36,760 nucleotides of DNA from a virus. Taxonomy: Duplodnaviria > Caudoviricetes. The DNA is taken from positions 1 through 36,760 of IMG/VR virus record IMGVR_UViG_3300036805_000152; one strand, given 5' to 3'. The notes beneath the pieces are model-generated. The model did no database searches. It had not been told where the DNA came from and saw only the letters and a program-made list of their open reading frames with translations. Of this stretch, positions 25,401 through 33,105 are shown piece by piece (position 1 is the stretch's first letter; each line of letters begins with the position of its first letter). The translations under genes and the position numbers were made by a program.

Positions 25401-25616
25401 ATGGAACGCACCCCTGTATCATCCAGCTCCATCGCGTCAGTCGGCCACGACCCTGGCACCGATACGCTTCACGTGGAGTTTGCCAATTCAGGCAAGGTCT
25501 ACGCATATCAAGGCGTCGATGCGGAAACGCACGAGAAGCTGATGGGCGCGCAGTCGATCGGCGCGCACTTCGGTAAGCATATACGGCCACACTATGAGGG
25601 GAGAGCTATAAGCTAA
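25401..25616 (+). CDS. KTSC domain protein
   Basis: VSSSSIASVGHD...LHVEF..GKVYAY.GV...SIGAHF..HIR. Confidence 0.92.
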   Translation: MERTPVSSSSIASVGHDPGTDTLHVEFANSGKVYAYQGVDAETHEKLMGAQSIGAHFGKHIRPHYEGRAIS

Positions 25617-25657
25617 AGACAACCGCACCTTGCAAAACACAAAGAAAGGGACACCCG

Positions 25658-25694
25658 GCCCCGGAGATTTTGATCTCCGGGGCTTTCCCCTTTT
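25658..25694 (+). terminator. Intrinsic terminator
   Basis: GCCCCGGAGAT-TTTG-ATCTCCGGGGC then TTTCCCCTTTT. Confidence 0.75.
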
Positions 25695-25742
25695 AGGAAC
25701 GGGGTATTGTGCGCATGCAGGGAACGCGGGTAAGATCAGCGC

Positions 25743-25970
25743 ATGAAAACAGGACAGATATGGAATGTGGGTGAAACGCGCAGGGGTAAAGGTGATCCAG
25801 GTCATCGGTTCGCCGTAAAAGGGCAAACGAATGAGTGGTCCAGGTTCGAGTACTACGTGGTTAGCATTGCGTATGACTCGCACGTCGAGATGGTTGCATC
25901 CGGCCCCTACAACACTTTCGGGCTGGCGCGGCAGGCAGCGCAGGCTGAGTGCGATGTGTTGTACAAATGA
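25743..25970 (+). CDS. Hypothetical protein, probably leaderless
   Basis: TTGTGC-18-TAAGAT lies 6 nt before ATG. Confidence 0.6.
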   Translation: MKTGQIWNVGETRRGKGDPGHRFAVKGQTNEWSRFEYYVVSIAYDSHVEMVASGPYNTFGLARQAAQAECDVLYK

Positions 25971-26013
25971 GCGGGGCGCGCCCTTAAATGGGACCAACCG
26001 CAAGCGCAGCGCG

Positions 26014-26748
26014 CTAATTACCACCTACCCTAAATGATCCAGGCCCGGAGAGCTTCGGCTTTTCCGGGCACTCTGCCGTTTTAAGCGCTGCGCGCACGCT
26101 CGATGCGTACCAAGCGGCCCCGGATGGTGTGGTGAGTCCCAGTTCGTTCAGCGCGCCTGCAATTGCACGGAGCGATTTACCTTGGGCGTGCATTCCGTGC
26201 ATAACCGCATCGACCTGGGAGGCGGCGCGCTTCGGCCAGCGTGCGGCTAGAGCCTTCCCAATCGACTCCTGCCAGCGTGGGTTACCGAGGGCCACCCCGC
26301 GCGCCTTGACCTGCTCCAGGGCCGCTACAGTGCGCTGAGAGATCATCTCTCGCTCATGCTCTGCCATTGCAGCCATGATGTGTATGGTGAGCTTGTTGGC
26401 GTGCGGCATATCGCACGCGACGAAATCGGCCGCGCTCTCCATCAACCCCGAAATGAAGTGGACCTTGCGCGCCAGTCGATCGAGCTTGGCAATCACCAGT
26501 GTTGCCCTATGGCGCTTCGCGGCGGCTATGGCAAGGGCGAGCTGCGGACGGTTCTTGTGGTCCTTGCCGCTTTCGATCTCAGTGAACTCCTCGATTAAGG
26601 TTCCTTTGACTCCCGCGAGGTAGCGGGCGACACTCGCCCGTTGCGCTTCGAGTCCGAGACCTGATTCTCCCTGCTTGACGTCGCTCACCCGGTAATAGGC
26701 CACGAATTGACCAGGGGTATCTGTTGCTGTTTTGCGTGTTCTGGGCAC
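26014..26748 (-). CDS. Serine recombinase (resolvase domain plus short C-terminal DNA-binding region)
   Basis: YYRVS, ESG, RPQL, AKLDRLAR, EREMISQRT; SLRAIAGALN...W. Confidence 0.93.
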   Translation of the reverse strand: MPRTRKTATDTPGQFVAYYRVSDVKQGESGLGLEAQRASVARYLAGVKGTLIEEFTEIESGKDHKNRPQLALAIAAAKRHRATLVIAKLDRLARKVHFISGLMESAADFVACDMPHANKLTIHIMAAMAEHEREMISQRTVAALEQVKARGVALGNPRWQESIGKALAARWPKRAASQVDAVMHGMHAQGKSLRAIAGALNELGLTTPSGAAWYASSVRAALKTAECPEKPKLSGPGSFRVGGN

Positions 26749-26758
26749 GCGTCTAGAA

Positions 26759-26787
26759 GAAACGATCGTTTCGGATTAGTACATCCG
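26759..26787. promoter_or_regulatory. Candidate recombinase binding/crossover site
   Basis: Palindrome GAAACGATCGTTTC followed by CGGAT-TAGTAC-ATCCG just upstream of recombinase. Confidence 0.5.
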
Positions 26788-26821
26788 CGAAAAAAGCTAA
26801 ATGATTGAGTTTTCGAGCACT

Positions 26822-27034
26822 TCAGGCGGCGCGCACTTCTGTGACTGAGAGCGGGGCGCGTCGGTATCGTCCGAACTGGGCACGGATGTAGGCGTCGACG
26901 TGGCCTTGAGTGGTGCGCCACAAGCGCGGCCCCACGCGAAAACTCGGAATTTTCGCGTCGCTCATGAGGCGGCGCGCGGTTCGATCACTGATGCCGAGCT
27001 GCGCAGCGAGTTCTTTGGGGCAAAGGTAATTCAC
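26822..27034 (-). CDS. Excisionase-like HTH protein
   Basis: YLCPKELAAQLGISDRTARRLM...IPSFRVG..LWR. Confidence 0.85.
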   Translation of the reverse strand: MNYLCPKELAAQLGISDRTARRLMSDAKIPSFRVGPRLWRTTQGHVDAYIRAQFGRYRRAPLSVTEVRAA

Positions 27035-27369
27035 GAGGGTGAGTTTCGTTCGGCCCGTACGAGGGTGTGCGGCGGCGGGCGGCTAACTCCACAGAACTAC
27101 ACACATGAGGCACTGGTTCATCTTCTGTGATCGGCCACAACGGACACGTACGCAAACAACGGCCAAATTCTGAGAGACGGCCCAGTTCCGGGGCACACTG
27201 CTATTGCAAGTGGGCGTAATCATCCTGGTGCGGATCCGCTTCTGCTGAATCCGCACCGGGCTCCTTTCGCTCCCGCCGTTCACCCGCAGCGTCAAGCGGC
27301 CCGCAGCGCTCACTTGAGAGCTTGCCCCCCTTACGACCACTGGATGTAAGTACGTCCAGATTTCGCCGA

Positions 27370-27858
27370 ATGACCGTCAAGATTCCGACATACGCAAGCG
27401 ATGGCCGACGCATCCGGGCTTACAGCCTGGACGCGATCGAACACTTGCTTTCGTTGAGCTTGATCGTGGTCAAACGCAATCGGCACGGCAAGATTCTTGC
27501 TGCACACTTCCGGCCCCAAGACGGTTCGAACCCACTACGGGCGACGGCCAGCATGGGCCAGCGGTACAGCTTCCACGCGCCCGTCGGCAACGATGGCATG
27601 CGCGCCTGGACGCACAAGCAACTGATACAACGACAGGACCTCGAAGCATTGCTCGGCCTTCCCCTCGACAACGACAAAGAACTAGACCTCTACATCCGGG
27701 GAATCTTCCGGAGCGTGGCGCTTAGCGTCATGCAGCGCGGCCCCGAACCAGATCCACCGGCACCGGCACCAGCCAAGGCCAAAGTAGTTTCGATCGACAG
27801 CGGACGGCGCAAGCCAGCTCGACCGATCGAGTTCGATTCCCAACGGCGGGCAGCTTGA
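27370..27858 (+). CDS. Hypothetical protein
   Basis: ATG 27370 (TTG 27322 alternative); first ORF of rightward late region. Confidence 0.7.
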   Translation: MTVKIPTYASDGRRIRAYSLDAIEHLLSLSLIVVKRNRHGKILAAHFRPQDGSNPLRATASMGQRYSFHAPVGNDGMRAWTHKQLIQRQDLEALLGLPLDNDKELDLYIRGIFRSVALSVMQRGPEPDPPAPAPAKAKVVSIDSGRRKPARPIEFDSQRRAA

Positions 27859-28205
27859 TCGGTTGGCACTCCCTGCCGATGCTGCGCAACTTCGCAGTGC
27901 GCTGGACGCATGGCGGCTTCTGTTCCCGTGTGCGAGACGAGAGCGGGGCACTGCGCAACTGTGAGCTGGAGTTCCGGCCCGGTAAACCGTTCCGGTTCAG
28001 ATTCATCGAGGACGAGCACCTTACCTATCAACCACACGAGATCGAGCGCGGCGCGTTCGCTTACGAAGCGTTCCGGCGTGCCAACGTTGGTATGCCGCTG
28101 TACGACGCGCTTGTGTTGGATTTCGTGAAACTCCCTGCCTCGCTGAAAGTGGCTTGGATTCTCGTGGCGGATGCCGTGTCCGCGAGATACGGAGCGAGTA
28201 ATTAA
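27855..28205 (+). CDS. Hypothetical protein
   Basis: TTGA overlap with upstream gene. Confidence 0.55.
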   Translation: MIGWHSLPMLRNFAVRWTHGGFCSRVRDESGALRNCELEFRPGKPFRFRFIEDEHLTYQPHEIERGAFAYEAFRRANVGMPLYDALVLDFVKLPASLKVAWILVADAVSARYGASN

Positions 28206-28334
28206 ATGAAGATCTATCTTTGGGCCGCTGCCTGCCTGTTGGCGATTGCCACGTTGAGCACGATCATCGCGATTGACGCGTATGAATTGATTCGCAACAG
28301 TCCTGTGCACTGCGATGTGGAGTTTGCGCAGTAG
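28206..28334 (+). CDS. 42-aa membrane-anchored peptide
   Basis: MKIYLWAAACLLAIATLSTIIAI...; GGAG upstream; abuts previous stop. Confidence 0.5.
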   Translation: MKIYLWAAACLLAIATLSTIIAIDAYELIRNSPVHCDVEFAQ

Positions 28335-28426
28335 ATGCCTCGCTTCTACATCCATGTTTTCCGCAGCCGCAACGCGGCGTACTTCGTCGGCGCGTTCCCA
28401 TGGCCCTGCATTTTGGGGATGAACTG

Positions 28427-29038
28427 ATGAACAGCGGCCAAGCCCTCGCCCTCGCTTCGCAGAGCTGCACACACTGCTACGGTCTCGGCACCCGCTTGGG
28501 ACGCAACGGCAAACGGCCCACGTGTAATTGCGTTTGGCGCGCGGTTTTCCGTGCCTGCTATGCGCGCTTCCGCAGGTGCGCGCAAACCGAGAAGCACGTG
28601 AGTCGCGTCAATCTCGGATCCGTGACGGCCCGTCAACGCAAACAAGTGTGGGAAATGCCCAACGAAGAGTTCGCGGCAGACTTCACACTCATCGCGCGGC
28701 GCGAGCTGCACGGCGACGAATGGCGGCTGTTCAACTATCACTTCCTGCTCGGAGCTGACTGGAAGCTGTGCTGCCGCAAGCTCGGCATCGAGCGCGGCGC
28801 GTTCTTCCATGAGGTTTACCGCATTCAGCAAAAGCTTGGATGCGCTTACGCGGAGATGCAGCCGTATGCGCTGTTCCCGCTGGATGAGTACTTTGGGGGC
28901 ACGGTGCGCGGCGCGCTTCGGCCCCTGCCGATTTCGGCGGGCGAGTGTGACACCCTTTCCACTTCCCACGCTGATCGTGGAGGGGCAACGGCGGCAAGAC
29001 GGCCCCTCCGCGCTCCAATAGCCCTAGCTGCCGCATAA
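28427..29038 (+). CDS. Zn-finger plus C-terminal HTH protein, candidate late regulator (Q/sigma-r4-like)
   Basis: CTHCYGLG...CNC; EWRLFNYHFLLGADWKLCCRKLGIERGAFFHEVYRIQQKL; ATG 28400 alternative start. Confidence 0.65.
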   Translation: MNSGQALALASQSCTHCYGLGTRLGRNGKRPTCNCVWRAVFRACYARFRRCAQTEKHVSRVNLGSVTARQRKQVWEMPNEEFAADFTLIARRELHGDEWRLFNYHFLLGADWKLCCRKLGIERGAFFHEVYRIQQKLGCAYAEMQPYALFPLDEYFGGTVRGALRPLPISAGECDTLSTSHADRGGATAARRPLRAPIALAAA

Positions 29039-29049
29039 AGGACCCCCAG

Positions 29050-29238
29050 ATGAAATTGAAAGAAATCCTCGACGCGATCACCGCTGGAGAAGAGAAGCTC
29101 CTCCCAGTCCTCATCACGAACCCGCAAACGCAAGCGATTGCGGGCCTCGCGTTCGTAGCCGAACAGACCTTGTTCAGCATCATCGAGAAGCTGCACGCAC
29201 CGATGACGGCCGCCACGACGACACCGGCAGCGGCCTAA
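29050..29238 (+). CDS. Small hypothetical protein
   Basis: AAAGGA SD; 62 aa. Confidence 0.72.
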   Translation: MKLKEILDAITAGEEKLLPVLITNPQTQAIAGLAFVAEQTLFSIIEKLHAPMTAATTTPAAA

Positions 29239-29244
29239 AGGAAA

Positions 29245-29466
29245 ATGGCAGGCACTTCCGCATCCACGCAGGCACCGATCGACCTGACGAACTCGCGCCT
29301 ACTGGCGGCCACACCAGGCGGCCAGATCGTTGCGGGAAACCCGTACTTCGTGAACCCGACGACGGCGGACCAGGCGCTTGTGCTCGCGGCCTGGCTGGTG
29401 CGTGTGGCGCAGCCGCACACGGCGAACACGTTCTCGACGATTCAGACGGCGGTAAACAACAGCTAG
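29245..29466 (+). CDS. Small hypothetical protein
   Basis: AAAGGA SD; 73 aa. Confidence 0.72.
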   Translation: MAGTSASTQAPIDLTNSRLLAATPGGQIVAGNPYFVNPTTADQALVLAAWLVRVAQPHTANTFSTIQTAVNNS

Positions 29467-29726
29467 GTTTTGACCTCGCGCAGACCGCCGTGGTCCGCGA
29501 ACCAGGCTTCCAGCTCTTCGTAGGAGAGAAGCCGGTACGTGGGCGGCAGCGCGGAATGTGACCGGGGCGGAATCTCGATAGCAAGCATCTCGAAGTCGCA
29601 GGTATGACCGGATGCCTTGACGATACGAACGACCTTCCGGCAAGCGCCGACGTCGTTGGCTGCATCCAACACCACGGCCCCGAGAAAGCCCGCCTGTTCC
29701 GATTTCACGCTCACGTAGAAGTACAC
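29463..29726 (-). CDS. Antisense hypothetical protein
   Basis: Exactly fills the gap between + genes; protein-like composition. Confidence 0.62.
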   Translation of the reverse strand: MYFYVSVKSEQAGFLGAVVLDAANDVGACRKVVRIVKASGHTCDFEMLAIEIPPRSHSALPPTYRLLSYEELEAWFADHGGLREVKT

Positions 29727-29735
29727 ACCTAAATC

Positions 29736-29957
29736 ATGGAATGGACCGCTATTGCAGGCGGACTCGTCGCAGTGTTGACGGGGCTGAACCTGCTTGTATC
29801 GCTGCGCACCCGCGCGGACGTCGCTGAAGTCAAGCTCGAAGTGAGCGAGAAGATGGTGGAGCGCGACGACAAAACCCGCGAGTGGGCGGAACGCGAGTTT
29901 GAGCGGAAAGACGTAGTTACTGCGAAGATTGACGCTTTGCGGGCTGCACGCGGGTAG
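29736..29957 (+). CDS. Single-TM plus coiled-coil protein (holin-like candidate)
   Basis: Hydrophobic N-terminal 22 aa then charged helix. Confidence 0.6.
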   Translation: MEWTAIAGGLVAVLTGLNLLVSLRTRADVAEVKLEVSEKMVERDDKTREWAEREFERKDVVTAKIDALRAARG

Positions 29958-30099
29958 ATTCCGCGCGGCCTGGAGGCTTGCGATCGGGCGGGAACGTTTC
30001 CATCACCAGATCCTTCAGCGCAAGCGCCTCGACGTGATTCTGTGCCGTTATGGACAGCTTCACGGTTCCATCCCTTTTGACGCGCTTAGTTACCCTCAT
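29917..30099 (-). CDS. Antisense hypothetical protein
   Basis: ATGA-coupled to upstream Zn-ribbon gene. Confidence 0.55.
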   Translation of the reverse strand: MRVTKRVKRDGTVKLSITAQNHVEALALKDLVMETFPPDRKPPGRAESTRVQPAKRQSSQ

Positions 30100-30293
30100 T
30101 TGCGCAGCTCGGGATCGTTCTCGGCTTCTTCGAGGCGCTTCAGCGGCAGCGAATCAAGCGGGCAAATTGGCGCTTGCTTGATCGACTGCGCTTTGATGGC
30201 AAGAATCGGGTAAACGTGCCCGCAGCGCGAACAGTAGAACATCTCGACCGCTGACGGCGCGGCATCCAGGATCGGGTTAATAGGCGTGCTCAA
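30096..30293 (-). CDS. Zn-ribbon microprotein
   Basis: TTG 30293 with GGAGG SD, TTGA overlap; MFYCSRCG...PICPLD. Confidence 0.65.
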   Translation of the reverse strand: MSTPINPILDAAPSAVEMFYCSRCGHVYPILAIKAQSIKQAPICPLDSLPLKRLEEAENDPELRK

Positions 30294-30487
30294 ACGGATT
30301 CCTCCAGGGGGATCATATCGGTCCCGTGTGTTGGACACGTGGGACGCTGCGCCATGTTTCCCCTTATCTGACGGAAGTAGCTCAGTATAAGTCCGCAACC
30401 GGGACAGCAGAACATAACGAACGGCGGCGGGATAGCGTCCTTAGTTTCCTGATCGTCTTCGGGCGGCGCGTTCTTATTCGTTGGCAT
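30290..30487 (-). CDS. Zn-ribbon microprotein
   Basis: MFCCPGCG...PTCPTHG. Confidence 0.62.
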   Translation of the reverse strand: MPTNKNAPPEDDQETKDAIPPPFVMFCCPGCGLILSYFRQIRGNMAQRPTCPTHGTDMIPLEESV

Positions 30488-31073
30488 GTTTGACCAAATA
30501 ACACATCCTGTACAGCGGGCTTTCCTCGCGGCCTACGTTGCCAAGCCCTCGATCGTGGCTGCGGCGCAAGCGGCGGGCTGTTCGAGGGAAGCTCATTACG
30601 ACTGGAAGCGCGACCCCGAGTACGCGCGCGCGTTTGCCGAAGCCGTTATCGCGGCGGGCGACACGATCGAAGCCGAAGCGGTACAGCGCGCGACTGAGGG
30701 CCTCTGGGAACCCGTGCTCTACAAGGGAGAACCCGTCATGGTCGACGGCGTACCACTGATGAAGCGCAAGGTCTCCGACCGGCTGATGAACACGTTGCTG
30801 GTGGGCTTCAAGCGCGAGAAGTACGGCAAGCTGGTCACCCACACCGGCACCGTCACGCACGCGCACAGCGTGGACCTATCCGAACTCGAAGAAGAAGAAC
30901 TCGAAGCGCTTGAACGAATCCTTGGTAAAGCTCGCGTCAATGAGTCCGCGTCTTCTCAGCGCGACGAAGACGCTGGAGAAGATCACACCGGAAGCGATCC
31001 AAGCGGAGCGGATCCGCAGAGCGGGCCGGATGATGGACCGGATGTTCCCGACGACGGGGACTCTGAGGCGTGA
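30486..31073 (+). CDS. terS: Terminase small subunit
   Basis: QRAFLAAY...AAQAAGCSREAHYDWKRDPEY HTH; EAEAVQRATEG; SDRLM; REKY; directly upstream of terL. Confidence 0.85.
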   Translation: MFDQITHPVQRAFLAAYVAKPSIVAAAQAAGCSREAHYDWKRDPEYARAFAEAVIAAGDTIEAEAVQRATEGLWEPVLYKGEPVMVDGVPLMKRKVSDRLMNTLLVGFKREKYGKLVTHTGTVTHAHSVDLSELEEEELEALERILGKARVNESASSQRDEDAGEDHTGSDPSGADPQSGPDDGPDVPDDGDSEA

Positions 31074-31779
31074 GCTTTACACCAAGCACCTTGAGTTCTT
31101 TGCAGCGGGCGCGGCGCACAAAGAGCGTGCCTTTATCGCCGGTAACCGAGTCGGTAAGACTCGCACCGGCTGCTACGAAGACACGCTGCACCTAACCGGG
31201 CAGTATCCAGACTGGTGGGAAGGCCGGCGCTACAAATGCCCCACGGACGGATGGGTTGCAGGCGATACCGGCAAAACGACACGCGACATTCTCCAGCTTG
31301 AACTGCTCGGAAGATGGGGCGATTTCGGCACCGGCTTACTCCCGCGTGATTGCATCCTCGACTGGACCCCAAAGGGTTCGGGCGTTCCGCGTGCCGTCGA
31401 TCAGCTCATGGTCCGACACGTCTCGGGAGGGGTTAGCGTGCTCGGGTTCAAGAGCTACGCCGAAGGACGCGAGAATTTCCAGGGGACTGCCAAGCACTTC
31501 GTTCACTTCGATGAGGAATGTTCGCTCGAAGTGTGGACCGAAGCGCTCATGCGAACGATGATCGTGCCCGGAGATGCGGACGGCGGAATCGCCTATCTCA
31601 CGTTCACACCGCTGCTTGGATGGTCCGAAGTGGTCACGTCATTTTTGGACACGATCGAACCCCCGCGTAAACTGAACTCCAAAGGAGAATCAGATGCCGA
31701 CACCAGTGAAGGCACCGCTAAAGAAGTCCGCAGCGAAAGCGGCCACGGACGCGAAGGCAGTAGAGCCAGCGAAACGTGA
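30940..31779 (+). CDS. terL: Terminase large subunit, ATPase part (P22 gp2-like)
   Basis: AGNRVGKT Walker A, FQG, HFDEE Walker B, LTFTPLLG coupling motif; ends before the nuclease domain. Confidence 0.9.
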   Translation: MSPRLLSATKTLEKITPEAIQAERIRRAGRMMDRMFPTTGTLRRELYTKHLEFFAAGAAHKERAFIAGNRVGKTRTGCYEDTLHLTGQYPDWWEGRRYKCPTDGWVAGDTGKTTRDILQLELLGRWGDFGTGLLPRDCILDWTPKGSGVPRAVDQLMVRHVSGGVSVLGFKSYAEGRENFQGTAKHFVHFDEECSLEVWTEALMRTMIVPGDADGGIAYLTFTPLLGWSEVVTSFLDTIEPPRKLNSKGESDADTSEGTAKEVRSESGHGREGSRASET

Positions 31780-31816
31780 ACCCCCGTCCATGGGGCTAGG
31801 CAAAGTGAAGAAGTAA
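31694..31816 (+). CDS. 40-aa Lys/Ala/Pro-rich peptide (not in ORF track)
   Basis: AAAGGAG SD; MPTPVKAPLKKSAAKAATDAKAVEPAKREPPSMGLGKVKK; followed by terminator. Confidence 0.62.
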   Translation: MPTPVKAPLKKSAAKAATDAKAVEPAKREPPSMGLGKVKK

Positions 31817-31852
31817 AAGAACCTTCTCTCATCTCCCAGATTGCTCAATTTC

Positions 31853-31881
31853 GGGCGCAGCTTCGGCTGTGCCCTTTTTTT
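31853..31881 (+). terminator. Intrinsic terminator between the terL halves
   Basis: GGGCGCAGC-TTCG-GCTGTGCCC then a T7 tract. Confidence 0.82.
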
Positions 31882-32079
31882 ATGTCCAACACACCCAATC
31901 CGAACCGCAAGCCCGCACAGAAGACCACACCCGTCATCGAAATGTTCAAGCTGTACCGCGATGACGACGGCCACGTGCTGCTGAAACACGGCACGATCCA
32001 CGCTGACGACTACGAGCGTATGCGTGAGGCGCATCCGGAGCTGGCGCTTCCCGAAGTGCAAGCGATTCCGTTCGCCTAG
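31882..32079 (+). CDS. Hypothetical 65-aa protein
   Basis: ORF with G/C-ending codons between the terL halves. Confidence 0.62.
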   Translation: MSNTPNPNRKPAQKTTPVIEMFKLYRDDDGHVLLKHGTIHADDYERMREAHPELALPEVQAIPFA

Positions 32080-32120
32080 TGGACTGGGCGGGCATCCCGC
32101 GTTCTCACCACACCCAGATT

Positions 32121-32840
32121 ATGAGCAAGTACGTCGTGCAAGCCGGTTGGGATCACGCACCGCACCTGTCCGAAGAATCGAAAGCCGAACTGCTTTCAGC
32201 GATTCCGCCGCACGAACGCGAGGCGCGCAGGAACGGCGAACCGACACTAGGCGCGGGGAAGATCTACGAGATCCCTGAAGCCGATTTCGTCATCGAACCG
32301 TTCGAAGTCCCTACCTTCTGGTTCAAGAGCTACGGCCTCGATGTGGGCTGGAACCGCACCGCTTGTATCTGGCAGGCGCACAACCGCGAAACCGACATTG
32401 TTTATTTCGTTGACGAGCACTACGGCGCAGAGCAAGCCCCGGAGCTGCACGCTGTCAGCATCAAGGCGCGCGGCGAGTGGATACCCGGCGTAATCGACCC
32501 GGCAGCACGCGGACGGCAGCAAGGCGACGGCAAGCGGCTGATCGAGCAGTACATCGCGGCGGGCCTCAACCTCGAGGCGGCGGATAACAGCGTCGAAGCT
32601 GGCATTTACGAGATTCGCCAGCGCTTACTCGGCGGGCGCTTGAAGGTTTTCAAGTCGCTGGCGAACTGGCTGAAAGAGTACCGGCTGTATCGCAGAGACG
32701 AGAAGGGCAAAGTGCACAAGAGCAACGATCACGCGCAAGACGCGGGCCGCTACAACATCATGAGCGGTTTGGCGATTGCGAAGCAACCACCGATCAAGCG
32801 CACCCCGTATCAAACTGGCGGCCGCGTTTTCACCGGCTGA
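32121..32840 (+). CDS. terL: Terminase large subunit, lid plus nuclease part
   Basis: MSKYVVQAGWDHAPHL...PHEREAR..GEP..GAG; GLDVGW; NSVEAGI; NDHAQDAGRY; GTG 32079 alternative start. Confidence 0.9.
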   Translation: MSKYVVQAGWDHAPHLSEESKAELLSAIPPHEREARRNGEPTLGAGKIYEIPEADFVIEPFEVPTFWFKSYGLDVGWNRTACIWQAHNRETDIVYFVDEHYGAEQAPELHAVSIKARGEWIPGVIDPAARGRQQGDGKRLIEQYIAAGLNLEAADNSVEAGIYEIRQRLLGGRLKVFKSLANWLKEYRLYRRDEKGKVHKSNDHAQDAGRYNIMSGLAIAKQPPIKRTPYQTGGRVFTG

Positions 32841-32907
32841 TTGTTTCAAAGCACTTGCTGACGGTCACACTTGCGAACTCTTCCCACTCGTCGCTGAAGT
32901 AACCCAC

Positions 32908-33105
32908 ATGAACACGGTACGTCAACCGGACCCGACCGAAAAGAAGCGCTGTCCGAAGTGCTTCAACACGCAAGAAATACGAGACGGCGGCCCGTCGCTG
33001 CGCGGCTTTCGCGCTTATGACCTGATGACTGACACCTGGGGCGTGCTCCGCTGTCCCGCTTGCGGCTTTCGCGGCGGCGCTGCAGAGTTCCGAAAACAAC
33101 GATGA
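32908..33105 (+). CDS. Zn-ribbon microprotein
   Basis: CPKC...CPACG; ATGA overlap with portal. Confidence 0.65.
   Translation: MNTVRQPDPTEKKRCPKCFNTQEIRDGGPSLRGFRAYDLMTDTWGVLRCPACGFRGGAAEFRKQR

Noticed and set aside
16405-26748. Recombinase-driven tail-fibre inversion or a diversity-generating retroelement
   Set aside because: No flanking inverted sites, alternative spike cassettes, reverse transcriptase or TR/VR pair seen
22171-27369. tRNA genes in intergenic gaps
   Set aside because: No cloverleaf with T-loop and acceptor stem found by eye
31650-32120. Group I/II intron or intein in terL
   Set aside because: No recognisable intron core, homing nuclease, RT or intein motifs; the insert has its own SD, ORFs and terminator. 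Not fully excluded without an Infernal search
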